Positions 9,680 through 19,668 of a stretch of DNA of 42,272 bases are shown in pieces (position 1 is the first letter of the stretch; every line of letters starts with the position of its first letter). Origin of the DNA: PVC group bacterium (GTDB lineage Bacteria; Auribacterota; Erginobacteria; Erginobacterales; Erginobacteraceae). Under the pieces are notes generated by a model. It was not told the origin of the DNA and did not search any database. It saw only the letters and a program-made list of their open reading frames with translations. The DNA lies in the NCBI GenBank assembly GCA_043804695.1, contig JAZDIV010000009.1:1-42272 (forward strand). Direction: 5' to 3'. The position numbers and the translations under genes are program-made.

Positions 9680-9803
9680 TCCGATAAACCCGATTGTTGA
9701 TGGCTTGTTAAGGTAGTCGCAACCTTTTAAGGTGCGTATAATTCGAGTATCAATGTACATACGCAGGTTAAAACCTGCGGCTACCAAAATCGGATTTATC
9801 GGA
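9680..9803. repeat. GTAG-type REP pair inside an outer inverted repeat
   Basis: ggtagtcgca..tgcggctacc 9712-9785; flanks tccgataaacccgatt / aatcggatttatcgga. Confidence 0.7.
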
Positions 9804-9973
9804 CAGCCTCTGAAGGTTGCGGCTCCTTGCTCCCCTGGGCCCCTGATATTGCCGGATCTCTCTGTCTAAAGAATCAGTCGCCTTTTCTGAGTAATTTTTT
9901 TCGGAAAAATTCGGGGATCCTCTATTTCTTATAGAGTGGAAGCAGAAACCACCAACCGTAAGGAGGATAAGAG

Positions 9974-10156
9974 ATGAAGAAGCAGGAGAGAAGCGTGGTT
10001 ATCGAGATGGCGGCGGCGATGATGAAAGCCGGGATCGACTATGCCCTGAGTCATCAGGCGGAATTGATCGCGGCCTTCGACAAGATGAACGGGAAGAAGA
10101 AAAAGCCCGGGTCCCGCGGGAAGGCCCCAGCAAGGGTCATCGAGATCGAAGCCTGA
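9974..10156 (+). CDS. Small hypothetical protein (60 aa)
   Basis: Strong AAGGAGG RBS, Lys-rich tail. Confidence 0.7.
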   Translation: MKKQERSVVIEMAAAMMKAGIDYALSHQAELIAAFDKMNGKKKKPGSRGKAPARVIEIEA

Positions 10157-10204
10157 TGCATTCTCGGATATCTGTTTTTCCTGCTTAGCCTGGGGGTCTT
10201 TTCC

Positions 10205-10615
10205 GTGGCGATGGTCGAAAAGATGATGAAGGATTTGGAGAATGAAAATAGGAATGATAAGGTATCACTGAAGGCGGCAGACAAAGTCGCCCCTCCCCGG
10301 AGTATCCTCCGGCCGGTCTGGGCGCCGTTCTCGGTCGAGGAGATCGTTTTATGTCAGCTGGAGGACCGGGCAGAAACGGAGCACTCGACCGTCTCAGATC
10401 TTGCCGCCCGGATCATCAGGGATGCCGTCATTGGGAAATGGGTGAGAAAGAGGAAGAAGAAAGCCGTGCCGCGAATGAACGGCAAGACCGTTTTCGGTCC
10501 GTTCTTCGTGGAGAAGGGGATCATCCGCCACCTGTTCCGGTGGGAGAAGCAGGAAGGGGCCCCGCTTTCAAGATTGGTCAACGCTGCCCTCCGGGACCAC
10601 CTCGGCATGCGTTGA
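10205..10615 (+). CDS. Putative tandem ribbon-helix-helix DNA-binding protein
   Basis: Internal duplication VWAPFSVEE..TVSDLAARIIRDAV / VFGPFFVEK..PLSRLVNAALRDHL; start codon uncertain. Confidence 0.6.
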   Translation: MAMVEKMMKDLENENRNDKVSLKAADKVAPPRSILRPVWAPFSVEEIVLCQLEDRAETEHSTVSDLAARIIRDAVIGKWVRKRKKKAVPRMNGKTVFGPFFVEKGIIRHLFRWEKQEGAPLSRLVNAALRDHLGMR

Positions 10616-10837
10616 AACTTCCTTCGGTGTTTACTTTGGTGGTGAAAAAGAAATGGAGGGCGGCACAGGCAGGAATGCCTGTGTCACCCTCCGCGCGCAC
10701 AGACAGGAACTGTACTACCCTTCGCGGCTATTCGGGCGGGGGAGGAGAGCTGTTAGAAGCCGAAAGTCGGAGGTCGGCGGTCAAGTGATCCGTGATCCGG
10801 GGCAGTGTGAAGCGAAGCACTGATCACCGATCACTGA

Positions 10838-12178
10838 TTACCGATTATCGGTTGCCGCTCCGGGCTCGGTGAGCGTCATCGGCTGCCCGGTGGTGGAGAG
10901 AACCTCCCGCCAGAGGTCCCCTTCGGGGTCGACCCGTTTCCGTTTCGAGATCGCCAGCGGCAGCGGTACGTGGGTGAAGTAGCTGTGCCAGTAACCGACC
11001 AGCAGGTCGGTTTTTCCCGCCATCGCCGCGTCGACCGCCCGTCTCCCCAGGGCGGCCGCGAACATGGAGTCGTCGGCGTTGGCCGGCACGGAACGGATCA
11101 TGTAACTGGGGTCGATGTACTTGACGTCGATCGGGATTTTATCCTTTTTGAAATATTCGATGATCTTGTTCTTCAGGAAGAAGCCGACATCCCCGAGCCG
11201 GATGTTGCCGGAAGCGTCGTAGGTGGCGGCGCGCTGTTCATTCTCCATCAATTCCTGGCCGGCCCCCTCCGCCACGACGATGACCGCGTGATGCCGTTGG
11301 GTCAGCCTCTCCTTGAGCATCTGGAGCACTCCGCATTTTCCCTCGAGGGCGAAAGGGATTTCGGGGATCAGGCAGAGGTTGACATCGTTGGCGGCGATGG
11401 CGGTGAAGCCGGCGATAAAACCGGACTGGCGGCCCATGACCTTCACCAGACCGATCGCATTGTAGGCGCTGACCGCCTCGAAGTGGGCGCACCGGACGGC
11501 CTCCCGGGCGATGGTGACGGCGGTATCGACCCCGAAGGTCCGGTAGACGTAGCTGATGTCGTTGTCGATGGTCTTAGGAACGCCGACCGCGGCGATCCGG
11601 AGCCGCCGCCGGCTGATGACCTCGAAAATCCGGTGGAGTCCTTTCTGGGTGCCGTCTCCTCCCAGGCAGAAGAGGACATTGATCCCGCGGCGTTCCAGCG
11701 AGTCGACCATAACCTCCGGATCGACCGCCCCCCGGGAGGTGCCGAGAGCCGACCCCCCCTGAAGATGGATATCCTTGACCATCTGGGGGGAGAGCTGGAC
11801 CGGTTCCGCCCCGAAGGAAGGGTCGAGCCCCTTCTGGCCGAACGGGATGCCGATGATCCTGCTGACCCCGTATTTATAGAAGAGGTGCATGACGATGGAG
11901 CGGATGGCGTCGTTCAGCCCCGGGCAGAGCCCGCCGCAGGTCATGATCCCGGCCGTCACTTCCTCGGGTCGGAAGTAAAGCATCTGCCGGGGCCCGGCGC
12001 ACTCAAAAGCGAGATCCCGGTTTTCCGGTGCTCCGTCGGATTTGAGGGAGTAGGGGATGGTGACGTCGTCGCTGATGAAATTGACGATCCCGTCCCCCCG
12101 GACGGTGGAAAACCCGATCGGCGACCGGACCGTCGGTTCCCCTAATTGTGTGATCCGAAAGTCCTGCTGCTTCAGCAT
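10838..12178 (-). CDS. pfkA: ATP-dependent 6-phosphofructokinase
   Basis: TCGGLCPGLN, GGDGT, PKTIDND, MGRQSGF, KYIDPSYMIRS. Confidence 0.93.
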   Translation of the reverse strand: MLKQQDFRITQLGEPTVRSPIGFSTVRGDGIVNFISDDVTIPYSLKSDGAPENRDLAFECAGPRQMLYFRPEEVTAGIMTCGGLCPGLNDAIRSIVMHLFYKYGVSRIIGIPFGQKGLDPSFGAEPVQLSPQMVKDIHLQGGSALGTSRGAVDPEVMVDSLERRGINVLFCLGGDGTQKGLHRIFEVISRRRLRIAAVGVPKTIDNDISYVYRTFGVDTAVTIAREAVRCAHFEAVSAYNAIGLVKVMGRQSGFIAGFTAIAANDVNLCLIPEIPFALEGKCGVLQMLKERLTQRHHAVIVVAEGAGQELMENEQRAATYDASGNIRLGDVGFFLKNKIIEYFKKDKIPIDVKYIDPSYMIRSVPANADDSMFAAALGRRAVDAAMAGKTDLLVGYWHSYFTHVPLPLAISKRKRVDPEGDLWREVLSTTGQPMTLTEPGAATDNR

Positions 12179-13332
12179 GGATGGTCCTCCTGAGAAGGGA
12201 GGAAGATGGTGAAGGAGCTGCCCCGTTCCGGCTCGCTGTCAACCTCGATGCATCCGCCGTGGCCTTCCACGATCCCGATCGCCGTCGAGAGGCCCAGGCC
12301 GGTGCCCGACTTGTCTTCTTTGGTGGTGAAGAAGGGGTTGAAGATCTGCTCCCGGGTCTCGCTGTCCATGCCGGCGCCTGTGTCGGAGACGCGAATCGAA
12401 ACGCAGTCTTTCCCCTTCAGCCGGGGGTACACCAGCAGCAGCGCCTGGTCGGGACGGTCCGTCCCGGTGGCAACGGTCAGGGTGCCGCCCCGGGGCATGG
12501 CTTCGCATCCGTTGATGCAGAGGTTCAGGACCGCCTGGGTGAGAAGGGCGGGATCGGCGACAACCAGAAGAGCCCCGGGCCCGGTCTTCCGGCGGACGTC
12601 GATGTTCTTGTTCGCCGTCTCGGAAATGATCGGGAGAAGGGAATCGACCAGGCCGGCGACATCCAGTGGCCGCGGCTGGTAGTTTTCTTCCCGGGCGAAG
12701 GCCAGCAGCGCCCTGGTCAGATTGGCCCCCCGCCAGGCCAGCTGCTCAATCTTCTTGAGATCGCTCTGGAAGGAGGTGGAGTGAACGCCCTCCTGCTGGA
12801 GGAGGATGGCGTAATTAATGATTCCGGCCAGGATGTTGTTGAAATCATGGGCGATCCCTCCGGCCAGGGTCCCGATCGCTTTCATCTTTTGCGCCTGCCG
12901 GAGGTGCTCTTCCGTCAGTTCCTTCTCCTGAAGAAGGCGGCGATGGGAGAGGACCTGCTCAATGACCGCCGGAAGGATTTCGAGATAATTCCCCGCGAGA
13001 TCCTTGATGATGTAATCCGCCGCCCCCTGCTTGAGCGCTTCCACCGCGACCTCGGCCTTGTGTTCGACGGTGACCATGATCACCGGGGGGAGCGGACCGC
13101 GGGCGGAGAGGATCCGGAGAACTTCCAGGCCTGAATACCGGGGCATGGTCTGATCAATCAGCAGCACGTCGTAAGATCCGCTCTCGCATAAAGCCAGGCC
13201 CGTCTCGCCGTCCTCCGCCACGTCGACCAGGTATCCGGCCCGCTGCAGATGTATCCGGGTGATCTTCCTCAGACCATCGTCATCTTCCATGTAGAGAACA
13301 CGGGCAGGGTTTTTCGTTGTACCGGCGCTCAT
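12172..13332 (-). CDS. Hybrid receiver / histidine kinase
   Basis: Receiver (MEDD, LIDQTMP), H-box AHDFNNIL, N-box NLCIN, DTGAG, PFFTTK, GTGLGL. Confidence 0.92.
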   Translation of the reverse strand: MSAGTTKNPARVLYMEDDDGLRKITRIHLQRAGYLVDVAEDGETGLALCESGSYDVLLIDQTMPRYSGLEVLRILSARGPLPPVIMVTVEHKAEVAVEALKQGAADYIIKDLAGNYLEILPAVIEQVLSHRRLLQEKELTEEHLRQAQKMKAIGTLAGGIAHDFNNILAGIINYAILLQQEGVHSTSFQSDLKKIEQLAWRGANLTRALLAFAREENYQPRPLDVAGLVDSLLPIISETANKNIDVRRKTGPGALLVVADPALLTQAVLNLCINGCEAMPRGGTLTVATGTDRPDQALLLVYPRLKGKDCVSIRVSDTGAGMDSETREQIFNPFFTTKEDKSGTGLGLSTAIGIVEGHGGCIEVDSEPERGSSFTIFLPSQEDHPC

Positions 13333-13542
13333 TTGCGTCTCCTGGTGTTGCGGTAATATAGCAAAGAAATGTCCGCGGAGGGAATAATTTTATCCGCCTC
13401 CGGCGTTTCCCGGTCCCAAACACTTTGCGCTCCGGCAGGAAGTATGCTATCTTATTTTTTTCTCCGAAAAAAATAAGAATGGTGTGCCTGAAACAGGCAG
13501 ATACTAAGGAGAGCATTAATATAGATTGCATTCTCTACAATA

Positions 13543-13671
13543 GTCATTGCGAGCGCAGCGAAGCAATCTCTTGCTGTGCATAGATTGAGATTGCGTAGCC
13601 TGTCCCGAGCGATAGCGAAGGATCTCATTCCTCGCAATGACATGTCCATACAATTATGGACTGACTAATAA
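13543..13671 (+). repeat. gtcattgcgag palindromic element plus tail; left arm of the inverted repeat around wecB
   Basis: 13560-13671 is the reverse complement of 14957-15069 apart from a 1-nt indel. Confidence 0.9.
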
Positions 13672-13675
13672 CAGG

Positions 13676-13718
13676 CCGGAGTATTCATGAAAATTGTTAA
13701 TTTTCATGAATAATCCGG
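13676..13718. repeat. ccggattattcatgaa-type palindrome
   Basis: Other copies at 5448-5489, 33616-33660, 35412-35445. Confidence 0.8.
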
Positions 13719-13734
13719 GTCAAAGAGGTTATCG

Positions 13735-14874
13735 ATGGGTCTTGCCCAAGTGCTCTGTATACTGGGGACCAGACCGGAAGTGATCAAGGTCGCCCCCGTC
13801 ATCGCCGCCCTCCGGGAGGATCCCGGCACATTCGGGGTCCGGGTCCTGGCGACGGCTCAGCACCGGGCGATGCTGGATCAGATGCTGGCGGTATTTTCCA
13901 TCTCGCCGGATACCGATCTCGACCTGATGCGTCCGGGACAGACGCTGGATGACCTCACCAGCCGGGTCACGGCCGGGATGAGCAAGTATCTCTCCTCGCA
14001 CCGGCCTGATCTGGTCCTGGCCCAGGGAGACACCACGACGGTGATGGCGGCCGCGATCTCCTGTTTCCACGGGCGGATACCCTTCGGGCACATCGAGGCC
14101 GGCCTGCGGACGGGAGATCTGGCGGCGCCCTTCCCGGAGGAGTTCAACCGCCGGGTGATAACCCTGGCGGCCACCCATCATTTTGCCCCGACCGCGGGCG
14201 CCGTCGACAACCTCCTCAGGGAGGGCGTCGCCCCGGGCTCGATCTACCTGACGGGCAATACGGTCATCGATGCTCTCCAGGGGATTCTCGCCGGCACCGA
14301 ACCTCCTCCCCGCCCTGTCCCGGAGGGGCGCCCCTATGTTCTCATGACCTGTCACCGCCGGGAAATTTTCGGCGCGCCCATTCGCGAAGTTTTTCAGACC
14401 GTCCGGGATTATTTTTCCCGCTGCCGGGAGTTCTCTCTCTGGTATCCGGTCCATCCCAACCCCCGGGTGGCCGACCCCGCTCGCGAGATACTTTCCGGCC
14501 ACCCGAACATCATCCTCACCGACCCGCTTGATTATGTCGCCTTCGTTCACGCCATGAAAGGGGCAAAGCTTCTGCTCTCCGATTCCGGCGGGGTCCAGGA
14601 GGAGGGCCCCGCCCTCGGCAAGCCGGTTCTGGTCCTCCGGGATGCCACCGAGCGGCCGGAGGGGGTGGAAGCGGGCACCTGCCTCCTGGTGGGGCCGCAT
14701 CGCGGTCGGATTGAAGCGGGGCTTGATCGGCTGCTTTTCGATGAGGGAGAATACCGGCGGATGGCCCGCACCCGCAACCCCTACGGGGATGGAAAAGCGG
14801 CCGGGCGGATCGCGGCTGCGCTAAAAGGTGACCCGTTTGATCCCTGGACGGGAGGGGAAGTGCCTAAAGTTTAA
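13735..14874 (+). CDS. wecB: UDP-N-acetylglucosamine 2-epimerase (non-hydrolysing)
   Basis: GTRPEVIK, QGDTTT, HIEAGLRT, PEEFNR, DSGGVQEE, NPYGDG. Confidence 0.96.
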   Translation: MGLAQVLCILGTRPEVIKVAPVIAALREDPGTFGVRVLATAQHRAMLDQMLAVFSISPDTDLDLMRPGQTLDDLTSRVTAGMSKYLSSHRPDLVLAQGDTTTVMAAAISCFHGRIPFGHIEAGLRTGDLAAPFPEEFNRRVITLAATHHFAPTAGAVDNLLREGVAPGSIYLTGNTVIDALQGILAGTEPPPRPVPEGRPYVLMTCHRREIFGAPIREVFQTVRDYFSRCREFSLWYPVHPNPRVADPAREILSGHPNIILTDPLDYVAFVHAMKGAKLLLSDSGGVQEEGPALGKPVLVLRDATERPEGVEAGTCLLVGPHRGRIEAGLDRLLFDEGEYRRMARTRNPYGDGKAAGRIAAALKGDPFDPWTGGEVPKV

Positions 14875-14956
14875 AGTTAAAAGTGCCTAAAGTTTTCGCT
14901 TTCGCCTGAGTCTTCGCGGAGGTGAATTCTGAAGTAAACCAAGTCATGATTGGCTA

Positions 14957-15112
14957 TTATTAGTCAGTCCATAATTGTATGGACATGTCATTGCGAGGAA
15001 TGAGATCCTTCGCTATCGCTCGGGACAGGCTACGCAATCTCAACTCTATGCACAGCAAGAGATTGCTTCCCGCCACGCTTTGCTCGCGGCTTCGGCTAAC
15101 GCTCACAATGAC
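14957..15112 (-). repeat. Right arm of the inverted repeat around wecB
   Basis: Reverse complement of 13560-13671, then a divergent outer end. Confidence 0.9.
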
Positions 15113-15153
15113 CGCAATAGTTGATGTAAATACTACCACGGTCGGATTAATAA

Positions 15154-15219
15154 CTGTGGGAGAGGTTTTTAACCTCGATCCGGGCCGCCTCGAATCGGGT
15201 TTAAGAACCTCTCCCACAG
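15154..15219. repeat. REP-like long hairpin
   Basis: ctgtgggagaggtt..aacctctcccacag. Confidence 0.75.
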
Positions 15220-15283
15220 GAGTTTGCGCAGAAAGAGCTACGTTTTTAACTTTTTCCCTTCATTAATTAAAGAGACGGATATA

Positions 15284-15703
15284 ATGCCGGTATATGAAAC
15301 GGGAAAGGTAATTCTGGAAGGACTCCCGCATGGTTCCGACCTGCTGGAGACGATTACCGATCTGGCCCGGAGAGAGGGGATCAAGATCGGTACGGTCTCA
15401 GCGATCGGAGCGGTTCAGCGGGCGAGGATTGGATACTACGACCAGGAGTCCAGGCGTTACCGGGAAAGCGTTATCGAGAAGCGGATGGAAATCCTCTCCT
15501 GCCTGGGCAATATTTCCTGTAAGGCTGATGAAATAGTTGTTCATGCCCATATCGCCCTGGCGGGGGAAAATGGTCAGGCAATGGGGGGGCATCTCTGCGT
15601 GGGGACCGTCGTCTTCGCCGCGGAGTGCCTGCTTTGCGAGCTGCGGGGGGAACCGCTGAAGCGCGTCTACGACGAGATAACCGGTCTCTCCCTCTGGAAA
15701 TAA
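15284..15703 (+). CDS. PPC-domain (DUF296) protein
   Basis: AIGAV, EILSCLGNIS, VHAHI, GGHL motifs; ATG 15284. Confidence 0.9.
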   Translation: MPVYETGKVILEGLPHGSDLLETITDLARREGIKIGTVSAIGAVQRARIGYYDQESRRYRESVIEKRMEILSCLGNISCKADEIVVHAHIALAGENGQAMGGHLCVGTVVFAAECLLCELRGEPLKRVYDEITGLSLWK

Positions 15704-16074
15704 AGTAGCGCCTTCGGCGCTACTTTATACTGGCTGCTGGTTAACTAAAATATTTTCACCGAGGCAACACGATAAAATAGCCTTATAATCTCAGCCAATA
15801 TTTGCCCCATGGAATATAATTTATCAGTCGGCTTCAGATGTACCATTCTTATTTTTTCTTCCCCGATTAATACTTCGGGGCGGGGCGAAAAAATAAGAAT
15901 GGTTTACCTCCGGCCGACAAAAAAATCATATCCCGGCAGACAAATGTTGGCTAATGTTTGAAAGTCTTTTTTATGTTATCGCCCCGGTTAATTGATTTTA
16001 GTTTAACCAACAGACCCCCGACGCTTGCGTCGGGGGTCCGATATAAATTAGCGACCGAAGGGAGCTAATTTATA
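15700..16074. repeat. Two inverted copies of an AT-rich hairpin-capped repeat unit
   Basis: Terminal hairpins 15700-15728 and about 16042-16074, central hairpin 15842-15903; arms match 19497-19668 and 22760-22943. Confidence 0.8.
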
Positions 16075-16819
16075 ATGACAAAGATCAATTGCCTGCTGGC
16101 GGTACTGCTGCTCTGCGGTTGCGGGAATCGTCCCTCTTCCCCGGATATCATCGCCTTCCAGGAGGTCCGTGTGACATCTGAAGAAGAGGCGAGGGAAATT
16201 GTCGCGGATATGCTGGGAGGAGACTGGCACTCAGCCCGGCAGGGGGACACGGTGACGGTCAGCAGGTACCCGATTGTCATGGTCCGTCCGATCGGCGGCA
16301 ACCTGGGCGCTCTGATCGACCTCCCCGATGAAAAGTATGCCCGGGATATCTGGCAGCCCCGTCCCGCCGGAGATATTCTCCCTGGTGGTGGGCGCCCGGG
16401 CCGGGAATGATTCTCTCCCGCTCCCCGGGGGGACCCCGATCGTGATCATCGGGGACATGAACCTGGTCGGCGATTCCCGGCAGCTGGCGACCCTGCTCGG
16501 CGCCCCGGGCGCGGAGGGAGGAGGTGTCGCTGCCGGCCCGGGGCCGGACTGGGACGGCACCGCCCTGGCCGATCTTCTCCCCTATCACAGCGCCGCCCCG
16601 GAATCATACACCTGGATGAGCAGCGAGAGAAGCGGCTTCGGTCCCGGCCGTCTCGATCTGGTCATCTATACCGATTCGGTCCTGCAATCGGTTAAGTCGT
16701 ATATCCTTTGCACGGAGACGATGGGGAAAGAGGACCTGGCAAAGGCCGGATTAAACCGGAGCGACAGCCCCTCGCTCAGCGATCACCGCCCGATCGTGGC
16801 CGATTTCGTGATCAAATAA
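16075..16819 (+). pseudogene. Frameshifted endonuclease/exonuclease/phosphatase (EEP) lipoprotein
   Basis: Frame 1 has lipobox LLCGC and PDIIAFQEV; frame 2 has GDMN, RLDLV and SDHRPIVADF. Confidence 0.8.
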
Positions 16820-17109
16820 TAGCCGCACCCGGATACTGGAATAACAGACGATTGAATGTGATTGGATGTGGGGAGGATCATTCGAAGTTCGCCGTTGAAC
16901 GTTGGATGTTCGACGTTTAACGCTCGTCTTTTTCCCCCGCTTCGGCCCCTTGAAATAACTACGAATTACACGAATTGCGCAAATTTGATCCCATCCCTGT
17001 ATCCGGTTTACTTTCTAAGTGGGTAATGGGCCATCGACAGCAGACAGTAGACCGGGAAATTCCTTATTCGGGTTTTGACATTCTTTCGGATTTCGTCATT
17101 CGGATTTCG

Positions 17110-19203
17110 TCATTTAGCTCCTTCTCGTTCTCTCCGCTCGGCCACGATCTCCTCGGCCAGCGAGAAGGGAACCGCTTCGTAGTGCTCGAAGTGCATGGAA
17201 AAGTCGGCCCTCCCGCTGGTGATGGTGCGCAGCTCGGTCGAGTACCCGAACATCCGGGAAAGAGGGACCTGCCCGGTGATGACGGCGGTTTTCCACTTCG
17301 TCTCCATCCGGGTGATGTTCCCCCTTTTCGCGCAGAGGCTCCCCGAGACCGCCCCGAGATGCTCTTCCGGCGTGGTGATCTCGACGCTCATGATCGGCTC
17401 CAGCAGCTGGATGCCGGCCCTCCGGCAGGCGTCGCGAAAACCGGCGCGGGCGCAGGTGCGGAAGGCGTTCTCCGACGAATCGACCTCATGAGCGGAGCCG
17501 TCGAAGAGCACGAATTTGATGTCGACCATGGGAAAACCGGCATAGGGGCCCTTCGCCATCGCGTCGATGACGCCCCGTTCCACCGCGGGGATGTATTCCC
17601 GGGGGACTCTTCCGCCCCGGACCTCGCTCTCGAACTGGAAACCCGAGCCGGGGGCGCCTCGCTCCAGGCGGAACTTAATGTGAGCGTACTGTCCGTGGCC
17701 GCCGGTTTGCTTGACGTGCTTGTGCTCGTGTTCGACCGCTCCCAGAATGGTTTCCCGGTAGGCGACCTGGGGCATTCCCGATTCCACGTTGACGTCGAAC
17801 TCGCGCCGGAGCCGGTCGATGATGATTTCCAGATGCAGCTCGCCCATCCCGGAGATGATCACCTCCCCGGTCTCTTCGTTGGTTCTGACCGTGAAAGTGG
17901 GGTCCTCGTCGGCGAGGCGCCCGAGCGCCCTCGCGAGCCGGTCGCGGTCGGCGTTGCTCTCGGGTCTGACCGCCACCCCGATCACGGGCGCCGGGAACTC
18001 GATCGATTCCAGCACGATCGGGAGATCATTGCTGCAGATGGTGTCGCCGGTCCGGGTGTCGGCCATGCCGACCACCGCGCCGACCCCCCCGGTCCGGATC
18101 TCGTCAACCGACAGCTGCTTGTTGGCGTGCATCTCGACGAGGCGTCCCACCCTCTGTCTTTTCCCCCGGGTGGAGTTAAAATATGTCTCCCCCGACCGGA
18201 GCACGCCGGAGTAGACCCGGACGTAGGTCAGCTTCCCCATGTGCTTGTCGGCCGCGATCTTGAAGGCGAGCGCCGCCAGCGGCGCGTCGTCCTTCGGGTG
18301 GCGGATGATCTCGCTGTTCGCCTCGTCGTGAGTGCCGATGACGGGGGGAAGGTCGAGGGGGGAGGGGAGGTAATCGACGATGGCGTCGAGCAGCCGGCGT
18401 ATCCCCTTGTTCTTGCCGGCCGCTCCGCAGAGAACCGGGATGATGGATCCCCTGATGGTCGCGCCGCGCAGGGCGCGGACGATGTCCTCCTTGCCGGGGA
18501 TCTCGCCGGTAATGAACTTCTCCATCAGGAGATCGTCCTGTTCGCTGATCCGCTCGACCAGTTCTTCCCTCGCCCGCCGGCATCTGCCCAGCATTCCGGC
18601 GGGGATGTCGCCTCCCCGGATTATGATGCCGTTTCCGGTTTCATCGTAGTAGAGGGCTGTCATGTCCACCAGGTCGGCAATCCCCCGGAAATCGGCCTCG
18701 GCCCCGATCGGGAGCACAATCGGAACGGCATTGGCTCCCAGTTCGTTCTTGATCTCGCTGACCACTCCTTCGAAATCCGCTCCCACCCGGTCCATCTTAT
18801 TGATGAAAGCCAGCCGGGGGACCGAATACTTGTCGGCCTGGCGCCAGACGGTCTCGGACTGAGGCTGGACGCCGCCTACGGCGCAGAAAAGGGCTATCGT
18901 GCCGTCGAGAACCCGGAGCGACCGTTCCACCTCGGCCGTGAAGTCGACGTGGCCGGGGGTGTCGATGATGTTGATCCGGTTCCCCTTCCAGTAGGTGGTG
19001 GTGGCCGCGGCGGTGATGGTGATCCCCCGTTCCTGTTCCTGGACCATCCAGTCCATGGCCGCCTCCCCGTCGTCGACCTCGCCGATCCGGTGGCTCTTCC
19101 CGGTGAAGAAGAGGATCCGTTCGGTAACGGTTGTCTTCCCGGCGTCGATGTGCGCGGTGAGGCCGATGTTACGGATGTTGCTGATGGGCACGAAATCATT
19201 CAT
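17110..19203 (-). CDS. fusA: Elongation factor G (stand-alone copy)
   Basis: [38 protein letters not shown]; start ATG 19203 (MNDFVPIS). Confidence 0.95.
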   Translation of the reverse strand: MNDFVPISNIRNIGLTAHIDAGKTTVTERILFFTGKSHRIGEVDDGEAAMDWMVQEQERGITITAAATTTYWKGNRINIIDTPGHVDFTAEVERSLRVLDGTIALFCAVGGVQPQSETVWRQADKYSVPRLAFINKMDRVGADFEGVVSEIKNELGANAVPIVLPIGAEADFRGIADLVDMTALYYDETGNGIIIRGGDIPAGMLGRCRRAREELVERISEQDDLLMEKFITGEIPGKEDIVRALRGATIRGSIIPVLCGAAGKNKGIRRLLDAIVDYLPSPLDLPPVIGTHDEANSEIIRHPKDDAPLAALAFKIAADKHMGKLTYVRVYSGVLRSGETYFNSTRGKRQRVGRLVEMHANKQLSVDEIRTGGVGAVVGMADTRTGDTICSNDLPIVLESIEFPAPVIGVAVRPESNADRDRLARALGRLADEDPTFTVRTNEETGEVIISGMGELHLEIIIDRLRREFDVNVESGMPQVAYRETILGAVEHEHKHVKQTGGHGQYAHIKFRLERGAPGSGFQFESEVRGGRVPREYIPAVERGVIDAMAKGPYAGFPMVDIKFVLFDGSAHEVDSSENAFRTCARAGFRDACRRAGIQLLEPIMSVEITTPEEHLGAVSGSLCAKRGNITRMETKWKTAVITGQVPLSRMFGYSTELRTITSGRADFSMHFEHYEAVPFSLAEEIVAERREREGAK

Positions 19204-19221
19204 AGATTCAGAGTATTCCCA

Positions 19222-19492
19222 TTGACCCGATTTATGAATAAATCGGGTTAAGTCAGTCAGATAGACAACAGGGAGTAATCGGAAAAACTTACCAGCATAT
19301 AGATTGGACACCCGAAAGCAAGCATATAGTTCAGTGATGTCACCCGTGCTGACCCGATTCATTCATGAATCGGGTTAAGGGGGGGATGAGGTGATGCTTG
19401 ACAAACAGTCCCTGCCCGATAGACTGTGCCTCCGGAAGATTAAGTGTCGTTTAACCCGATTTATGCCTGCCGCCAGGCATAAATCGGGTTAC
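19222..19492. repeat. Three acccgatt..aatcgggtta palindromes
   Basis: Copies at about 19222-19250, 19350-19378 and 19451-19492. Confidence 0.8.
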
Positions 19493-19496
19493 GGAG

Positions 19497-19668
19497 ATGG
19501 AATATCTGAAGCCGATAGATAAATTATATTCTTTGGGGCACATGTTGGCTGAGGTTATAAGACTTTTTTATAATGTTGCCTCGATGGAATTATTTAAGTT
19601 TAACCAACAGACCCCGATTGAATCAATCGGGGTCCCCGATAAAGTAGCGCCAAAGGCGCTAATTTATA
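19497..19668 (+). repeat. Hairpin-capped AT-rich repeat unit
   Basis: Matches the arms of 15700-16074; ends gcgctaatttata directly before ATG 19669. Confidence 0.8.

Noticed and set aside
10970..14700. Long ORFs antisense to pfkA, the kinase and wecB
   Set aside because: Shadow ORFs; the opposite strand carries clear family motifs
13452..15266. Matching ORFs starting MDMSLRGMRSF
   Set aside because: Translations of the inverted palindromic repeat
16975..19251. 758-aa plus-strand ORF
   Set aside because: Antisense shadow of fusA caused by GC-rich codon bias; no motifs
19204..19362. N-terminal extension of fusA
   Set aside because: Translates palindromic repeats; EF-G similarity starts at 19203
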